64,000 nt of DNA, taken from assembly GCA_030264375.1 (NCBI GenBank), contig JASCQW010000133.1, positions 43,972,884 through 44,036,883 on the forward strand, written 5' to 3'. The stretch is from Carcharhinus longimanus. Lineage: Eukaryota. Under the pieces are notes generated by a model, which worked only from the letters and a program-made list of their open reading frames with translations, did not search any database and was not told the DNA's origin. Of the stretch, positions 1 to 10,822 are shown piece by piece; positions within the stretch are counted from its first letter, which is position 1; the number at the start of each line of letters is the position of its first letter. A program made the translations under genes and the position numbers.

Positions 1-285
1 ATGCAACTGTTATCAGCACATAGCATCGCTCTGTGGCAAAACCACTGACAGACACTCTCCTTTAAGACACTCCTTCAATTCCAACGCTTTGGTTATTTGG
101 CCTAATTTCTTATTTTGGGTGCAATATTGCCTTTGTAGTTCAGTGGCAAAGCTTGCTCCATTATACTTAATGCAAAGTATCTTAGGACAACTTATTACAT
201 TTATATAGTATTTTTAGTGTTGTATGAGCAATTTTGTATTGTTTATAATTTAAATAGTTTGCATCAAGGAACATAAATCATCTTA

Positions 286-338
286 AAAATTCAGCCAACA
301 CCTTCCATTAAAATTCAGCCAACACCTTCCATTAAAAT
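286..338. repeat. 24-bp perfect tandem duplication
   Basis: AAAATTCAGCCAACACCTTCCATT twice (286-309, 310-333) followed by a partial third copy AAAAT. Confidence 0.9.
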
Positions 339-1676
339 GAAAGACCTAACAACATTAAGTTTCAAAAAATTAAACTAAACACCTCTGGCACTGTGATATA
401 TGTGGCCACATCAAACACTTGTTACGACACCACATCAGAAAATATTCAACTCCCTAACTGGATGAAATCAAGTTTCAGTAATTTCTTATATAGATGGCTG
501 ATCAAGTGTTTAGTGTTTACATTTAATAATTTATAGACTATCACTCTTTTCCTCCAGATGGTTTACTGACAATCAGGAACTACCTTCCCCAACACATGCA
601 TCTGAAAATTTAAATTCACAAAAAGTCACTGGTGATAGACAATTTGTTGACTGTTTGAAATTAAAATTCAGCAAGGAGTTTCCAACAAGTTTAACCCTTT
701 AAGCATGGAGTGCATTTGCAGCTTTCTCCTCCACCTCGACTGAGGGCACTGACTGTCATTGTGGTTTAGTTCCTGCCACCCAACACAGCTTCACTGTGTG
801 AGAACTCTGATTAAGAATTTCAGAAGACCACTCACCTGTGAAGGTTATAAAACTAAAACCTACATTTTCTTCATCCAAAGTCCACACGTGTGTTTTCTTG
901 TAGGGATAACTACTCCAGGAGTACTGAGATCTATAAACTCAACACAAGTCAGAAGCTGAACTTGGGAATATATGACTTATCTGTGCTAAATCACATGGCA
1001 CAATTGCCTATTGATGGATTGGAGTTGGCAGTTTCTAGTCATATTCAATACATTTTTAAGTGATGAGAGACTGGGAAATGTTGGTGTTCAGAAGAACCTG
1101 GATGTCCCTGTACGTAAATCACCAAAATGAACATGCAGATTTAACAAGAATTAGGAAAGCAAATTTTAAGTTGTACGCCAACCCTTTGTGATAAAGGCTC
1201 AGCGTAAAGAAGTTTTACTAAAATAGTATGGGCCTTGGTGAGACCATGCCAGAATTACTGTACATAGTTTTGGTCTCATTAACTAAGGAAGAAAATATTT
1301 GACTTGGATTGAGTACAATAAACATTCACTAGATCGATTGTTGGAATGAGGAGGTTGTCCTCAGCGGAGAGATCAAATTGATTGGGATTGTATTCCCTGG
1401 GATTTTGAAGGATGAGAGGTGGTCTCATTGGAGCAAATAAAATTCTTAAAGGGATTAATGGGATAGATGCTGAAAGGATGTTGCCCCTGGCTGGGAAGTC
1501 AAACAATAGGGGTTGTCTTCTTAGAACAAGAGGTTGGCTATTTAAAACTTGATTTGAGGAGAAATTACTTCATTCAGAGTTGCAAATCTTTGGAATTCTC
1601 TACTGCTGAACCTATTTACAGTAAGAAGTCTCACAACACCAGATTAAAGTCCAACCAGTTTATTTGATGGTAATCC

Positions 1677-1712
1677 CACAAGTTTTCGGAAACGGTGTTC
1701 CTTCATCAGGTG
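1677..1712 (-). ncRNA. Hammerhead ribozyme motif, second copy (stem III palindrome mutated)
   Basis: Minus strand reads CAC-CTGATGA-A-GGAA(caccgt)TTCC-GAAA-ACTT-GTG. Confidence 0.6.
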
Positions 1713-1923
1713 TGTGGAAGGTTCTGATCAAAGAGCATACAAAGTCACACACAGTTTACAGAATACTGATGAGAATGCAAGTCTTCACAGCTAACCTGCT
1801 ATTCAAGTCTTAAAGATGCAGACAATGTGAGTGAAGACAGCATTAGCATAGGTTAAAGAGATGTGTATTGTCTCCCAACAGGACAGTAAGTGAGATTTTA
1901 CAAGCCCAGGCATGTCATGGGGG

Positions 1924-2082
1924 TTATAGATAGTGCGACATGAACCCCAGATCCCAGCTGAGGCCGTCCTCACGTGTGCGGAACTTGGCGATCAGTCTGT
2001 GCTCAGCGACTCTGCGCAGACGTGTATCATGAAGGCTGCCTTGGAGAATGCTTACCTGAAGATCAGAGACCGAATGCCTGTG
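1924..2082 (-). pseudogene. C-terminal remnant of PLE GIY-YIG endonuclease
   Basis: Manual translation gives HSVSDLQVSILQGSLHDTRLRRVAEHRLIAKFRTREDGLSWDLGFMSHYL*, which resembles the E-x-x-LI...GLN-x-D-x-G-F-x-SHY end of vertebrate PLE ORFs. Confidence 0.8.
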
Positions 2083-2208
2083 GTCGCATTGTCTGCATCT
2101 TTAAGACTTGAATAGCAGGTTAGCTGTAAAGACTTGCATTCTAACCATTATTCTGTATACTGTGTGTGACTTTATATGTATGCCCTTCTCTGATCAGAAC
2201 CTTCCACA

Positions 2209-2244
2209 CACCTGACGAAGGAACACCGTTTCCGAAAGCTTGTG
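2209..2244 (+). ncRNA. Minimal type I hammerhead ribozyme motif (PLE-associated)
   Basis: CAC-CTGACGA-A-GGAA(caccgt)TTCC-GAAA-GCTT-GTG: core CUGANGA and GAAA, 4-bp stem II, palindromic AAGCTT stem III, and CAC/GTG stem I. Confidence 0.7.
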
Positions 2245-2959
2245 GGATTACCGTCAAATAAACTGGTTGGACTTTAACCTGGTGTTGTGAGACTTCTTAC
2301 TGTGTTTACCCCAGTCCAACGCCAGCATCNNNNNNNNNNNNNNNNNNNNNNNNNNNNNNNNNNNNNNNNNNNNNNNNNNNNNNNNNNNNNNNNNNNNNNN
2401 NNNNNNNNNNNNNNNNNNNNNNNNNNNNNNNNNNNNNNNNNNNNNNNNNNNNNNNNNNNNNNNNNNNNNNNNNNNNNNNNNNNNNNNNNNNNNNNNNNNN
2501 NNNNNNNNNNNNNNNNNNNNNNNNNNNNNNNNNNNNNNNNNNNNNNNNNNNNNNNNNNNNNNNNNNNNNNNNNNNNNNNNNNNNNCCTGGTGTTGTGAGA
2601 CTTCTTACTGTGTTTACCCCAGTCCAACGCCAGCATCTCTACATCATGAACCTATTTATGGCAGAGGATTTTGGATACTAAGAGGATTCTTCCCTTCTCT
2701 CTTAGCCTGTCTCTTGGGAACTGAAAGACTGCCACAACCAAGATCTGATTAAAATAATTGCTTCTGGAGTCTGGCACATGAAGATATATCCTGCCTAACT
2801 GAACTGGGGTTGTCTGATTCATACTCAATGGTGGATGAGTTGGCTTGGGAGAGGACATTGCTGTTTAACCATCTTTTTTGCCACCAGATTAGGATGATTT
2901 TGCAAAGGAACTGCTGGTGGTCCTTCTCAACTACTTTGAGGTGCTTGCCGCAGGTTGCC

Positions 2960-3105
2960 TAAGTCTAAGTATTTTGAAGCACAGGAATCAAGGGATATGG
3001 TATAGGATAGGAAGGTGAAGTTAAGGTAGAAGATCAGCCACACTTTCAGTGAATGGCTGAGCAGGCTCAAAGGGCCAAGCAACCTACTGCTGCTCGTGTT
3101 CGTAT
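2960..3105 (+). mobile_element. CR1 LINE 3' end fragment
   Basis: ggaatcaagggatatgg...gatcagcc...gaatggc..gagcaggctcaaagggcc...cctactgctgctc, a typical shark CR1 3' UTR. Confidence 0.7.
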
Positions 3106-6039
3106 ACCTACAAGACAACGCTCTTTACATAGAATCATGGATTGTCGCTTTGTGCATTACATTGATAGATGTGATGTCATCTTTCCAAACATCAATAATT
3201 AATCTGTTCAGTATTCATTTTGTTTGAAATTAAAACTGTACTTCTAATCTTCAAGCTTCTGCTACTTTCCAAATAGTTCATCCAATTTCATTTGCTTCTC
3301 TGGTTGACAGTTTCAACATGCCTAATTCCCCAGGCACCCACACAAAATACCTGAATGAACACATCAACAAATTACATGCACTGCCAAGAGGTGGTGGAAG
3401 AAACTGAATGCTCGCTTACAAATCTATCAACCCATTTCCCTCTGGAGCACTCAATTTCTGTTGACATTGTTCCAGACAGGCTTGGGAATATTTTAAAGCA
3501 ATTATTACAGATGTATAAATACAAAAAACATGAGCACAAGTGGGAACAAGCAATGCCGCACAGCTCAGCCGGCGCACCCTATCATTACATCTGCACACCT
3601 GACCCACCAGGGCCACTTTTATTTCACTCTCACCCCCACCCTAACTTTCTCTACACCAAAGGTAAATGGCTTCAGTTCCTCCCTGCTGCATTAAGTATAC
3701 TGTACATACATTGCCTATATATTTCAACACAGTCAGCACTGATGAATGGCTGTTGAGTCCTAGATTATACACTGAGCAGTTGCTGCTAAAATGCATTCAG
3801 TTTATTTATCATTTACTTAGTTTATTTCTGATTTGTATTAAATTGACAAAAAAAACTCCACATTTAACCCATTGACATCACTTTGACCTTGAACTAAAAA
3901 TATCGTAGCTTTGGTTTACTAATTATGTAACCATTTTGGCAGCACAGTGACAAGAAGGAATGGTAAAGCATAGATTGAGGCCTCAAATGTCCTTTTGTCT
4001 CCTTACTCGACAGCGGGTGAAACAAAAGCATTTCTTTTGTGAAATCTTTGCTCTCATTATTCTTAGAAATAAATCACCGTACAAATATCTTCGCAAAGTG
4101 AACATTTTAAGTGATTTTAAAATACTGACATGGGTTAAATGCACCATCAAAATGGAGAAAATATAGAAGGTCATGTCTGCTGGATTCATTCAGGGAATGA
4201 GCAGAACACATTGGGTTGGTAGGTTTAATGGAAACAATTAAGAATGGCTTAAAATGCCATCTGTGTTTAAGCATCATAATCCTCTAAGCTTCCCAGGTCT
4301 ACTCCAGTTGATACAGTAAACATTCAATTCAATACACTTTCTGAAAATGCACTTAATACTGTGGGTCAAAATTAATCATAGCTGTGAGGCACTATTCACA
4401 AAAACAACTTGCGTGCTCAAGCTAGACAAAGGTTTTGTTAAAAGGTTTAACCCTTTTAACTAAACCAACTTGCATTAGTATTTTGAAATAATTAACTTAT
4501 TGAACCAATGTAGCTTTGCTTTGTGTCCAAAACATCCGATTTTTGGAAACAACTAAACGTGATATTTAGTTCAACGTGCCATCTATTCCTAGATCAAATA
4601 GTCAAACTGAAAAAATCTGAATGAAACAGTTGATTTAACAACAGTAAACTCGTCCACTGCCAGGGGGTAAAATGTTTCCATAATGGACACAGTTTTGCTT
4701 ATGGGTCAACATCCTTTTCTTTTAACCAATTCTCTACAGTTTCCTACAGAAAGCTCTCGTGATTATGATGAAGCCTGACCATTTCTCCCTTCAGGCTACA
4801 TATTTCATGAGTTGAAAAGGTTTAGAAGTGTCCCCAAGGAGGATAACAGAGGTTGGGTTATGGGACAAAAAGAAAATACCCTCTGGTGGTCTACATTCAT
4901 GCCAGCAACATGACAAGCCAGCACAATTCTGTTAACAGAGCAGGAAGAGTAAAACCAACCAGAACCCACAAGGCCTTGAAGATCCTTCCAAAATAATTAA
5001 ACCGGCAGTATGTTTTACGACTGGTTTTCATAACAAAAATCAGGATCTTTAAACAGTAGGCTATTATACAATGACTTGAACAGAGATGCAGCGTGAGTCT
5101 AAAAGATTCTGAAATGCGTTAACCCAACCAAGATAAAAAAACAGCTTTCTTTATCAACAAATGCAAACCTGGTCCTACTCTGGGTCAAGACTCTAGTTTT
5201 TGCTTATCAATCAGCTGTCTGAAAGCTCCCATTTTGACCATAGCAGAGCCAAGAAGGGCTATGCCAAATTTATGCGCTAGATGTTAATGATATACAAGCG
5301 ATTCATTTTCATCATAAACCTTTCAACAATAGTATGTTTCCTCTTGTTAAGAGCAAAAACAGCAAAAGCTCAGCACCATTATCTGAATTAAAAGGGAGAC
5401 AGTTTGCAAAACCACACAGCTTAAAATCTGGTGACCAAATTGGTATACAATGTCCATTTTAAATGAAATACATTAGTCTGATTTATATAAAATGTCTAAA
5501 GGGGAACAACAATTACACAGTAAACTAAGCATCAGGGAGATGCTTCTAAAATCAGCACCTTTGAAAACCTATAACTGAATCCATTGTCAAACCGCCACAA
5601 CCACTTGGAGTGTGTTTGTTCCTTTATCATTTTCTGATTTACCATTCAAATACTGCAAATAGTAAAGGAGAAGAGAAATAATGAGAATAAGAGTTCAGTA
5701 AGATATTGTCATAAGAAAAAGCAGGAGAAATCTTGATTTACTTAGTTAAATAATTAGCATTACAGATATAAAACCAATCTTTCAAAAGAAACTGCAGTGA
5801 CCCCTCACAAAGGCTTCGATACTCCGTTCGTGCACAAGTGGAAAATTTGAAAATTTGATTTTGGGTGCAGAGGAAAACAAAGTTTAGAGGAAAAAGGCCA
5901 CATTTTATTAATTTTTAAAAAGCAGCATTGCAAGTGACAGAAACCATACTTTGGCTAGTCATGCAAGGTTTATTTTTTAAACCTCCCAAATTCTAAAATC
6001 AATGATGTTATCACAAAGTGAGAAAATTAGGAATATATT

Positions 6040-6228
6040 CTGGCGCATGTTGCTTTTCACATACTATGTGCTTTATTGTATAAATCTGTTGTGCACTATA
6101 TTCATGGCCATTTCTGGGACCTTGCCATGTAATAATTGTTGTCATATTTGCCTACATAATGGTGATTCAATTTCATGTTAAGTCCTCGGACATTTCTCAG
6201 AAGGCATGTTATAAGTGCAAATATTTAT
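6040..6228 (+). mobile_element. Ancient DeuSINE-like (SacSINE1-like) 3' part
   Basis: Degenerate gggaccttgc..g..taattg....tttgcctacat core followed by an L2-like tail (ggacatttc...ttataagtgcaa). Confidence 0.35.
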
Positions 6229-7384
6229 TACTTTAATCCCAAATAAATGTTCTCAGAAGGTGTAACTGCTGGGTTACTACACAAAGAGCTAATCTGAGAA
6301 GAGGCAGCAATTAGCAGCATGGCTAGCGCACTAACACACGGCACCACAGATCCTCCTCTGTACTGCAAGTTACTGATTTTAGCTGCGACATTCTATGGAA
6401 TCATCAAAAGAAATAAAAGCAAAACCAAGTACGTTACTAGAGAAATGAAACCAAGTCAAAAAAGTCGCGACAGCACATCACCCATTGTCACTCTTGTAGC
6501 AATCTTATCAAAAGCACTTCTGCAACAGGCTTGATTTATTCAAGTGTGTTGCTGTGTAGAAACAGATTTTTCAACTCAACAGGTCTCACCACTGTTTATG
6601 CTTCAATTGAACCTCATCCAACCCTATTTCTCTTAACCTATCACTTTTTTTTTGCTTCTCACTCATACTTACCAAGGTCATTATTTCTACCTTTTCATGA
6701 AAGGAATGGTGCTTGGCCCAGGGATGGTAAAGACACAAGAGACTGAGAGAAAATAAACAGAGGAAGTGGGAAAAGGAATTTGAAGATGGAATAGTAGTAG
6801 TTGGACACAAGATGCCAGAACAATGTAACCGACAAAAGATATTTGTGAAATAGAAGCACTTTTCAAAAGCTTACACCTTAATTGTTCCCAGCTGTAAACT
6901 AAACTGCCTCACTCATCACTTTAGAAGTGGTCCCAGTTCAAATAAATGGCCTGTCCATAAAATCATTTCTTATTAATACCTTTCATGCTCCTGCAAGGCA
7001 TTTAGTTTATGCAACATGCACTGAAACTGAACAATCAGTTACGTTCTACACTGACTGTTTGTGGGTGTAACTGCTGGAATCTATTACTTGAAAACTGATC
7101 ATTTAGAGGAGGGGAAAGGATGAAAAGTCCCATAGGAGCTTTGTAACCTCTAACTTTGAAAACCAATGTTTGCAGCCAAGCAATTTCATGCAAAAGAGAC
7201 AAACCACAAAGCTACAGCTCATTTTCATTAAAATTTAATTATCAACATTTTACAGCAGAAATGTTATTGTTCTTAAGAGCATTCTAATCAAAAGCACAAG
7301 AAATTTGATCTTGTAAAATACAGACCAAGGATTTCTTGAAACACCAGAAGCTATAAACACCACCAGTTAAACACCAATTTGAAG

Positions 7385-7620
7385 TTACATAGCATTTAAT
7401 GTAGTAAAACATCGCAAAGTGCTTCAGATAATCAAACAAAATTTGACATTGAGTCACACAAAGAGGTATTAGATCAGGGCACCAAAAGTTTGGACAAAGA
7501 AGAACACAGTCTTAAGAGGAGAGAAACACACAGAAGGAAGGAGAAAGGTTAAGAGACAGAGAGATTTACTGAGGGAATTTCAGAACTTAGGACCTTAGGC
7601 ATTGCTGCCAAAGGTAAACA
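7385..7620 (-). mobile_element. L2-type LINE 3' fragment
   Basis: atagcatttaatgtagtaaaacatcgcaaagtgcttca...accaaaagtttggacaaaga; homologous to the copies at 10470, 46062 and 55745. Confidence 0.6.
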
Positions 7621-8679
7621 TGATCCCAAATTAAACCATGCCTGCTTATAGCCATACTCACCTACACAATTGGATTCCAAATGTAGCTATCTAATCATTT
7701 TTAATTGCAAGCTTCTTTTGAAATCACCATCTTAAAAATTTGTTGCAAAAGAGATCTTGAAAACACTGACATTATTTCTTTCAAATTCAAATAGTATACG
7801 TATCTACTGAGCACTGCAGATGGTAAACTTCTGACATGATCAGCTAATTGTGCAAATATACTGAGAGATGATCTGAGCATTTCAAATTCTGAAGAATTAA
7901 AATGCATCTTGCAAATGCAAGCAGACATTAAACAATGTCCAAACACCAATGTATTACTCCAGTATGATTTTGTTTTGTCCATTTGTACTGTAAATTCGTT
8001 GGCAACTTTGCTTTAAGGACAGAGAAGATGTAGCAAGTGGAAAATTTTACACAGGCAGATATTTAGCGTGTGTATCTAGTGTGGAACTTTGTCCACTGAG
8101 ACTCCATGCTGAGCCTGCACATTGTAAACTGAATACAGTTCACAAAAGAAATGGCACATTAATGAGAAATCATGCAAAGTATTTCAATATTTGGTGTAAT
8201 TCCAACAAAGTTCAAGGGAAATGACAAAAAGAGATGAGTGAGTTAATAAAAAGTAGGAGCTATTTCAGCAGGTTTTCAGTAAAGCACCATAATGCTCACA
8301 TTGTGCAACACCTGAACAATGCGGAATATCAAGTTTAGCCAGATTATATATGAGCTAAAATCTGGAAGGGAAATTCTGACCTTAAGATTCAGGTAATGTC
8401 CTTATAAATCTGGATTACAAAGTTGCATAGAATTTGAAAAGCACTTGCTGGGCCAACAAACAGTAAGGTTCTCTCGAACAGCTTTGAAAGTACATATTAG
8501 GTAATTTACTAATTCCCACTGTCAATTTTATGCATCTTTTCAAATAAATGCAGTGATTTAAATCTGAAACACATCAATTTAGGGCAACCTGAGACTTCAG
8601 TTCATAGAACGATAAAAAAACTGCTGAATTTTTGAGTGTAAGAATTTTAATTCTGCCCTGAATGAGAAGAGAAACATAC

Positions 8680-8728
8680 CTTTACTTGCTGCAGGTGAGA
8701 AGAGTTTCTCTGAGCCTACATCTGATGC
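8680..8728 (-). other. Candidate 49-nt internal exon of an unnamed minus-strand gene
   Basis: Strong acceptor cttctccgcttttcccacag| and donor AAG|gtatgt. Only frame 0 is open (ASDVGSEKLFSPAASK), so it could be coding or 5' UTR. Confidence 0.6.
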
Positions 8729-10307
8729 CTGTGGGAAAAGCGGAGAAGATATATGTTAAGATTGGAGATTTATATCCAACGTATTACTTGAAAACCACCA
8801 GCAGAGGGAAGTGTTTTGCCATCTTAGGCCAAAAAAAATCACTAGCAACACACTCACTTTTTAAAAGAACATAAAGTCAATAAAATTATCCATTTGTTTG
8901 GGTGTAAATGGAAAATGAATAGTTTGCCCATCCAATTTTTAGCAAGGAAACAGTTGTGCCCACAACCAAGAGGCAGCATTTCAAGGGCTCTTGAAGCTAA
9001 AATGCTCTTACACAACAATTCCATGTGTATAAACAAAACATGGTACAGAAAGGGACAGAATCTGGTTCAATACAAGCTCTTGGACAAATATTTCTTCAAA
9101 CAACGTAGACAGACTTTTGACTAGAAAGCACCCATAGATCTTGAAACACATGCAAAAAACTGACAAAGCCATGATTTTTGCACTGCAGAACTTGCAATTT
9201 ATATTCATTTTGCAAGCGTTATTGTTGACTGAAAACTCAGGAGTTGCAGAAGGTAGACACAGTGGATGACAAAGAAAGTATTTATGTAAATCTTCACAGA
9301 GAGGCAGAGAGAAAAAATAACTTGTGTAGTGCATGGTGCACGCTTGGACAGAATTGATGCAGCAGCCTGCAAAGTTCCAGCAAATTTCTTTGATCCCTTC
9401 AGACCTGGCTTACTTTGAGAGTGCCATTTCGTCAATTAACCCCGTCACTTTGATCTAGTCTCCCCTTGGCGCAAGGGGATTGAACTTCCTTCAAGTTTCA
9501 CATGCCAAGACTTCCCACCAGTCATAAACCTGGCTTGTCAAGCTCAGTAAGCCTTTTGTACTCAAAATTGATTTTCAATGAAAACCATCTGTGGTTACGG
9601 GATTCTCAATCAACCCAGCTAATGTAAGCAGCTACACATTATTTGCTCAATGCCAATGAGGGGCGGTCGGGAAAAGGATTAACTGGTATGTTAAAATGGC
9701 TCGGGACATTAAAAGCTGCTGCTCTTTAATTTGGGCATAAAGTATAACTTGTCTTTGGGGCTTTTAATCATCACAGTCTATTTTAATAGGAGGTGTAAAC
9801 ACCATGACTCCCATTTAAAAAGGCAATTTAGGACTGTGTAGCTACCTTGTTATTTATATACGTATAAATCCATTCAATTGACAACCTGAACATTTAAGGT
9901 ATATAAGAGAGAAGAATCAGCATTCTTGACAGAGCAATTCTATATAAAGAAAACTACCTGAATACACAACTAAAAACTCTAGTCCTTCTGCTAGTTGGAA
10001 GTTTCCAGCTAAGTCAACTAATACTAAAACTGCGATGATGAGTAGTTTCTAGGCCAGAAATCAATCAAATTTTCTTTCACTTCCTCAACACAGGCTTGAA
10101 AGTATCTTTAGTGTGTTAAATGGTTAGATAATTTCTTGGTTGTTCAAGGGCAGCGATCCTACACTGCTAACACGCCTCACTGATATGGATTAGGGAGCAA
10201 TGGCAGTGACAAACCCTTGATTGAAGAGTTATGTCTTTTCCAGTAGCATCTGGCAGTATATTATACAATTCCAGCTTGCTTAGTAGGTTTACAGGAGATG
10301 ACCTCAA

Positions 10308-10375
10308 AGAACAAAACAAAGAAAATTATAGTACAGGAACAGGCCCTTTGGTCCTCCAAGCCTGCATCGACCATC
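10308..10375 (-). mobile_element. CR1 3' terminal fragment
   Basis: aagaacaaa..aaattatagtacaggaacaggccctttggtcctccaagcctg, the same family end as 52350 and 53103. Confidence 0.6.
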
Positions 10376-10622
10376 TCCTTTTTACTGTGGTTCTAAGTTC
10401 TAGTAGCTGAGAAGCTGCGTTAATTTTGTGTTTGTTACTGCATTAATTGCTACAAAGACAAATTGTATAGCATTTTTAACAAATAATGCTCCAAACCACT
10501 TCAAAGTATCATCCCGATCCACTAAACAGATATTAGGTCAGATAAACGAAGACTTGGTAAAAGGGGCAAGTTTTAAGGAGTGTCTTACTAAAGAAGAGAG
10601 AGAGGCAGACATGGGTAGGGAT

Positions 10623-10822
10623 AGTAAGAAGTCTCACAACACCAGGTTAAAGTTGAACAGTTTATTTGGTAGCACAAGCTTTCGGAGTGTTGCTCCTTCT
10701 TCAGGTGAAGAAGCAGTAAAGCACTGGAAGCTTGCGCTACCAAATAAACCTGTTGGATTTTAACCTGGTGTTGTGAAACTTCTTATTGTGCTTACCCCAG
10801 TCCAACAGTGGCACCTCCACAT
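10623..10822. mobile_element. Miniature PLE insertion (hairpin of two terminal fragments plus tail)
   Basis: Inverted arms ~10623-10700 and ~10706-10786, tail tgcttaccccagtccaac..ctccacat, flanking direct repeat TAGGGATAGTA (10616-10626 and 10823-10833). Confidence 0.85.
10673..10707 (-). ncRNA. Minimal hammerhead ribozyme motif (PLE-associated)
   Basis: Minus strand reads CAC-CTGAAGA-A-GGAG(caaca)CTCC-GAAA-GCTT-GTG. Confidence 0.7.

Larger units (their letters stand above)
1619..2646 (-). mobile_element. Penelope-like element (PLE): 5'-truncated copy plus inverted terminal copy with tail
   Basis: ~210-bp inverted repeat (1619-1828 vs 2087-2302), a one-sided ~35-nt tail, TSD TGAACCTATTTA (1607-1618 and 2647-2658), an internal GIY-YIG C-terminal peptide and hammerhead motifs. 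Contains an N gap. Confidence 0.85.
1040..2760 (+). mobile_element. Degraded CR1-type LINE, 3' part of ORF2, interrupted by a Penelope-like insertion at 1619-2646
   Basis: CR1 RT C-terminal nucleotide motifs (gccttggtgagacca, 'ALVRP'; gatgagaggtggtctcattg; ttcattcagagttgcaaatctttggaattctctac, FTQRVVxLWNSL-like) with many stops. Confidence 0.8.

Noticed and set aside
2278-2637. Direct repeats flanking N gaps (also 56613-56793 and 57853-58369)
   Set aside because: Near-identical sequence on both sides of a gap is typical of unmerged contig overlaps, not real tandem arrays.
7656-7670. Consensus minus-strand donors TAG|gtgagt (7662) and AAG|gtgagt (21560)
   Set aside because: No matching acceptor, promoter signature or open frame; such motifs occur by chance in 64 kb.
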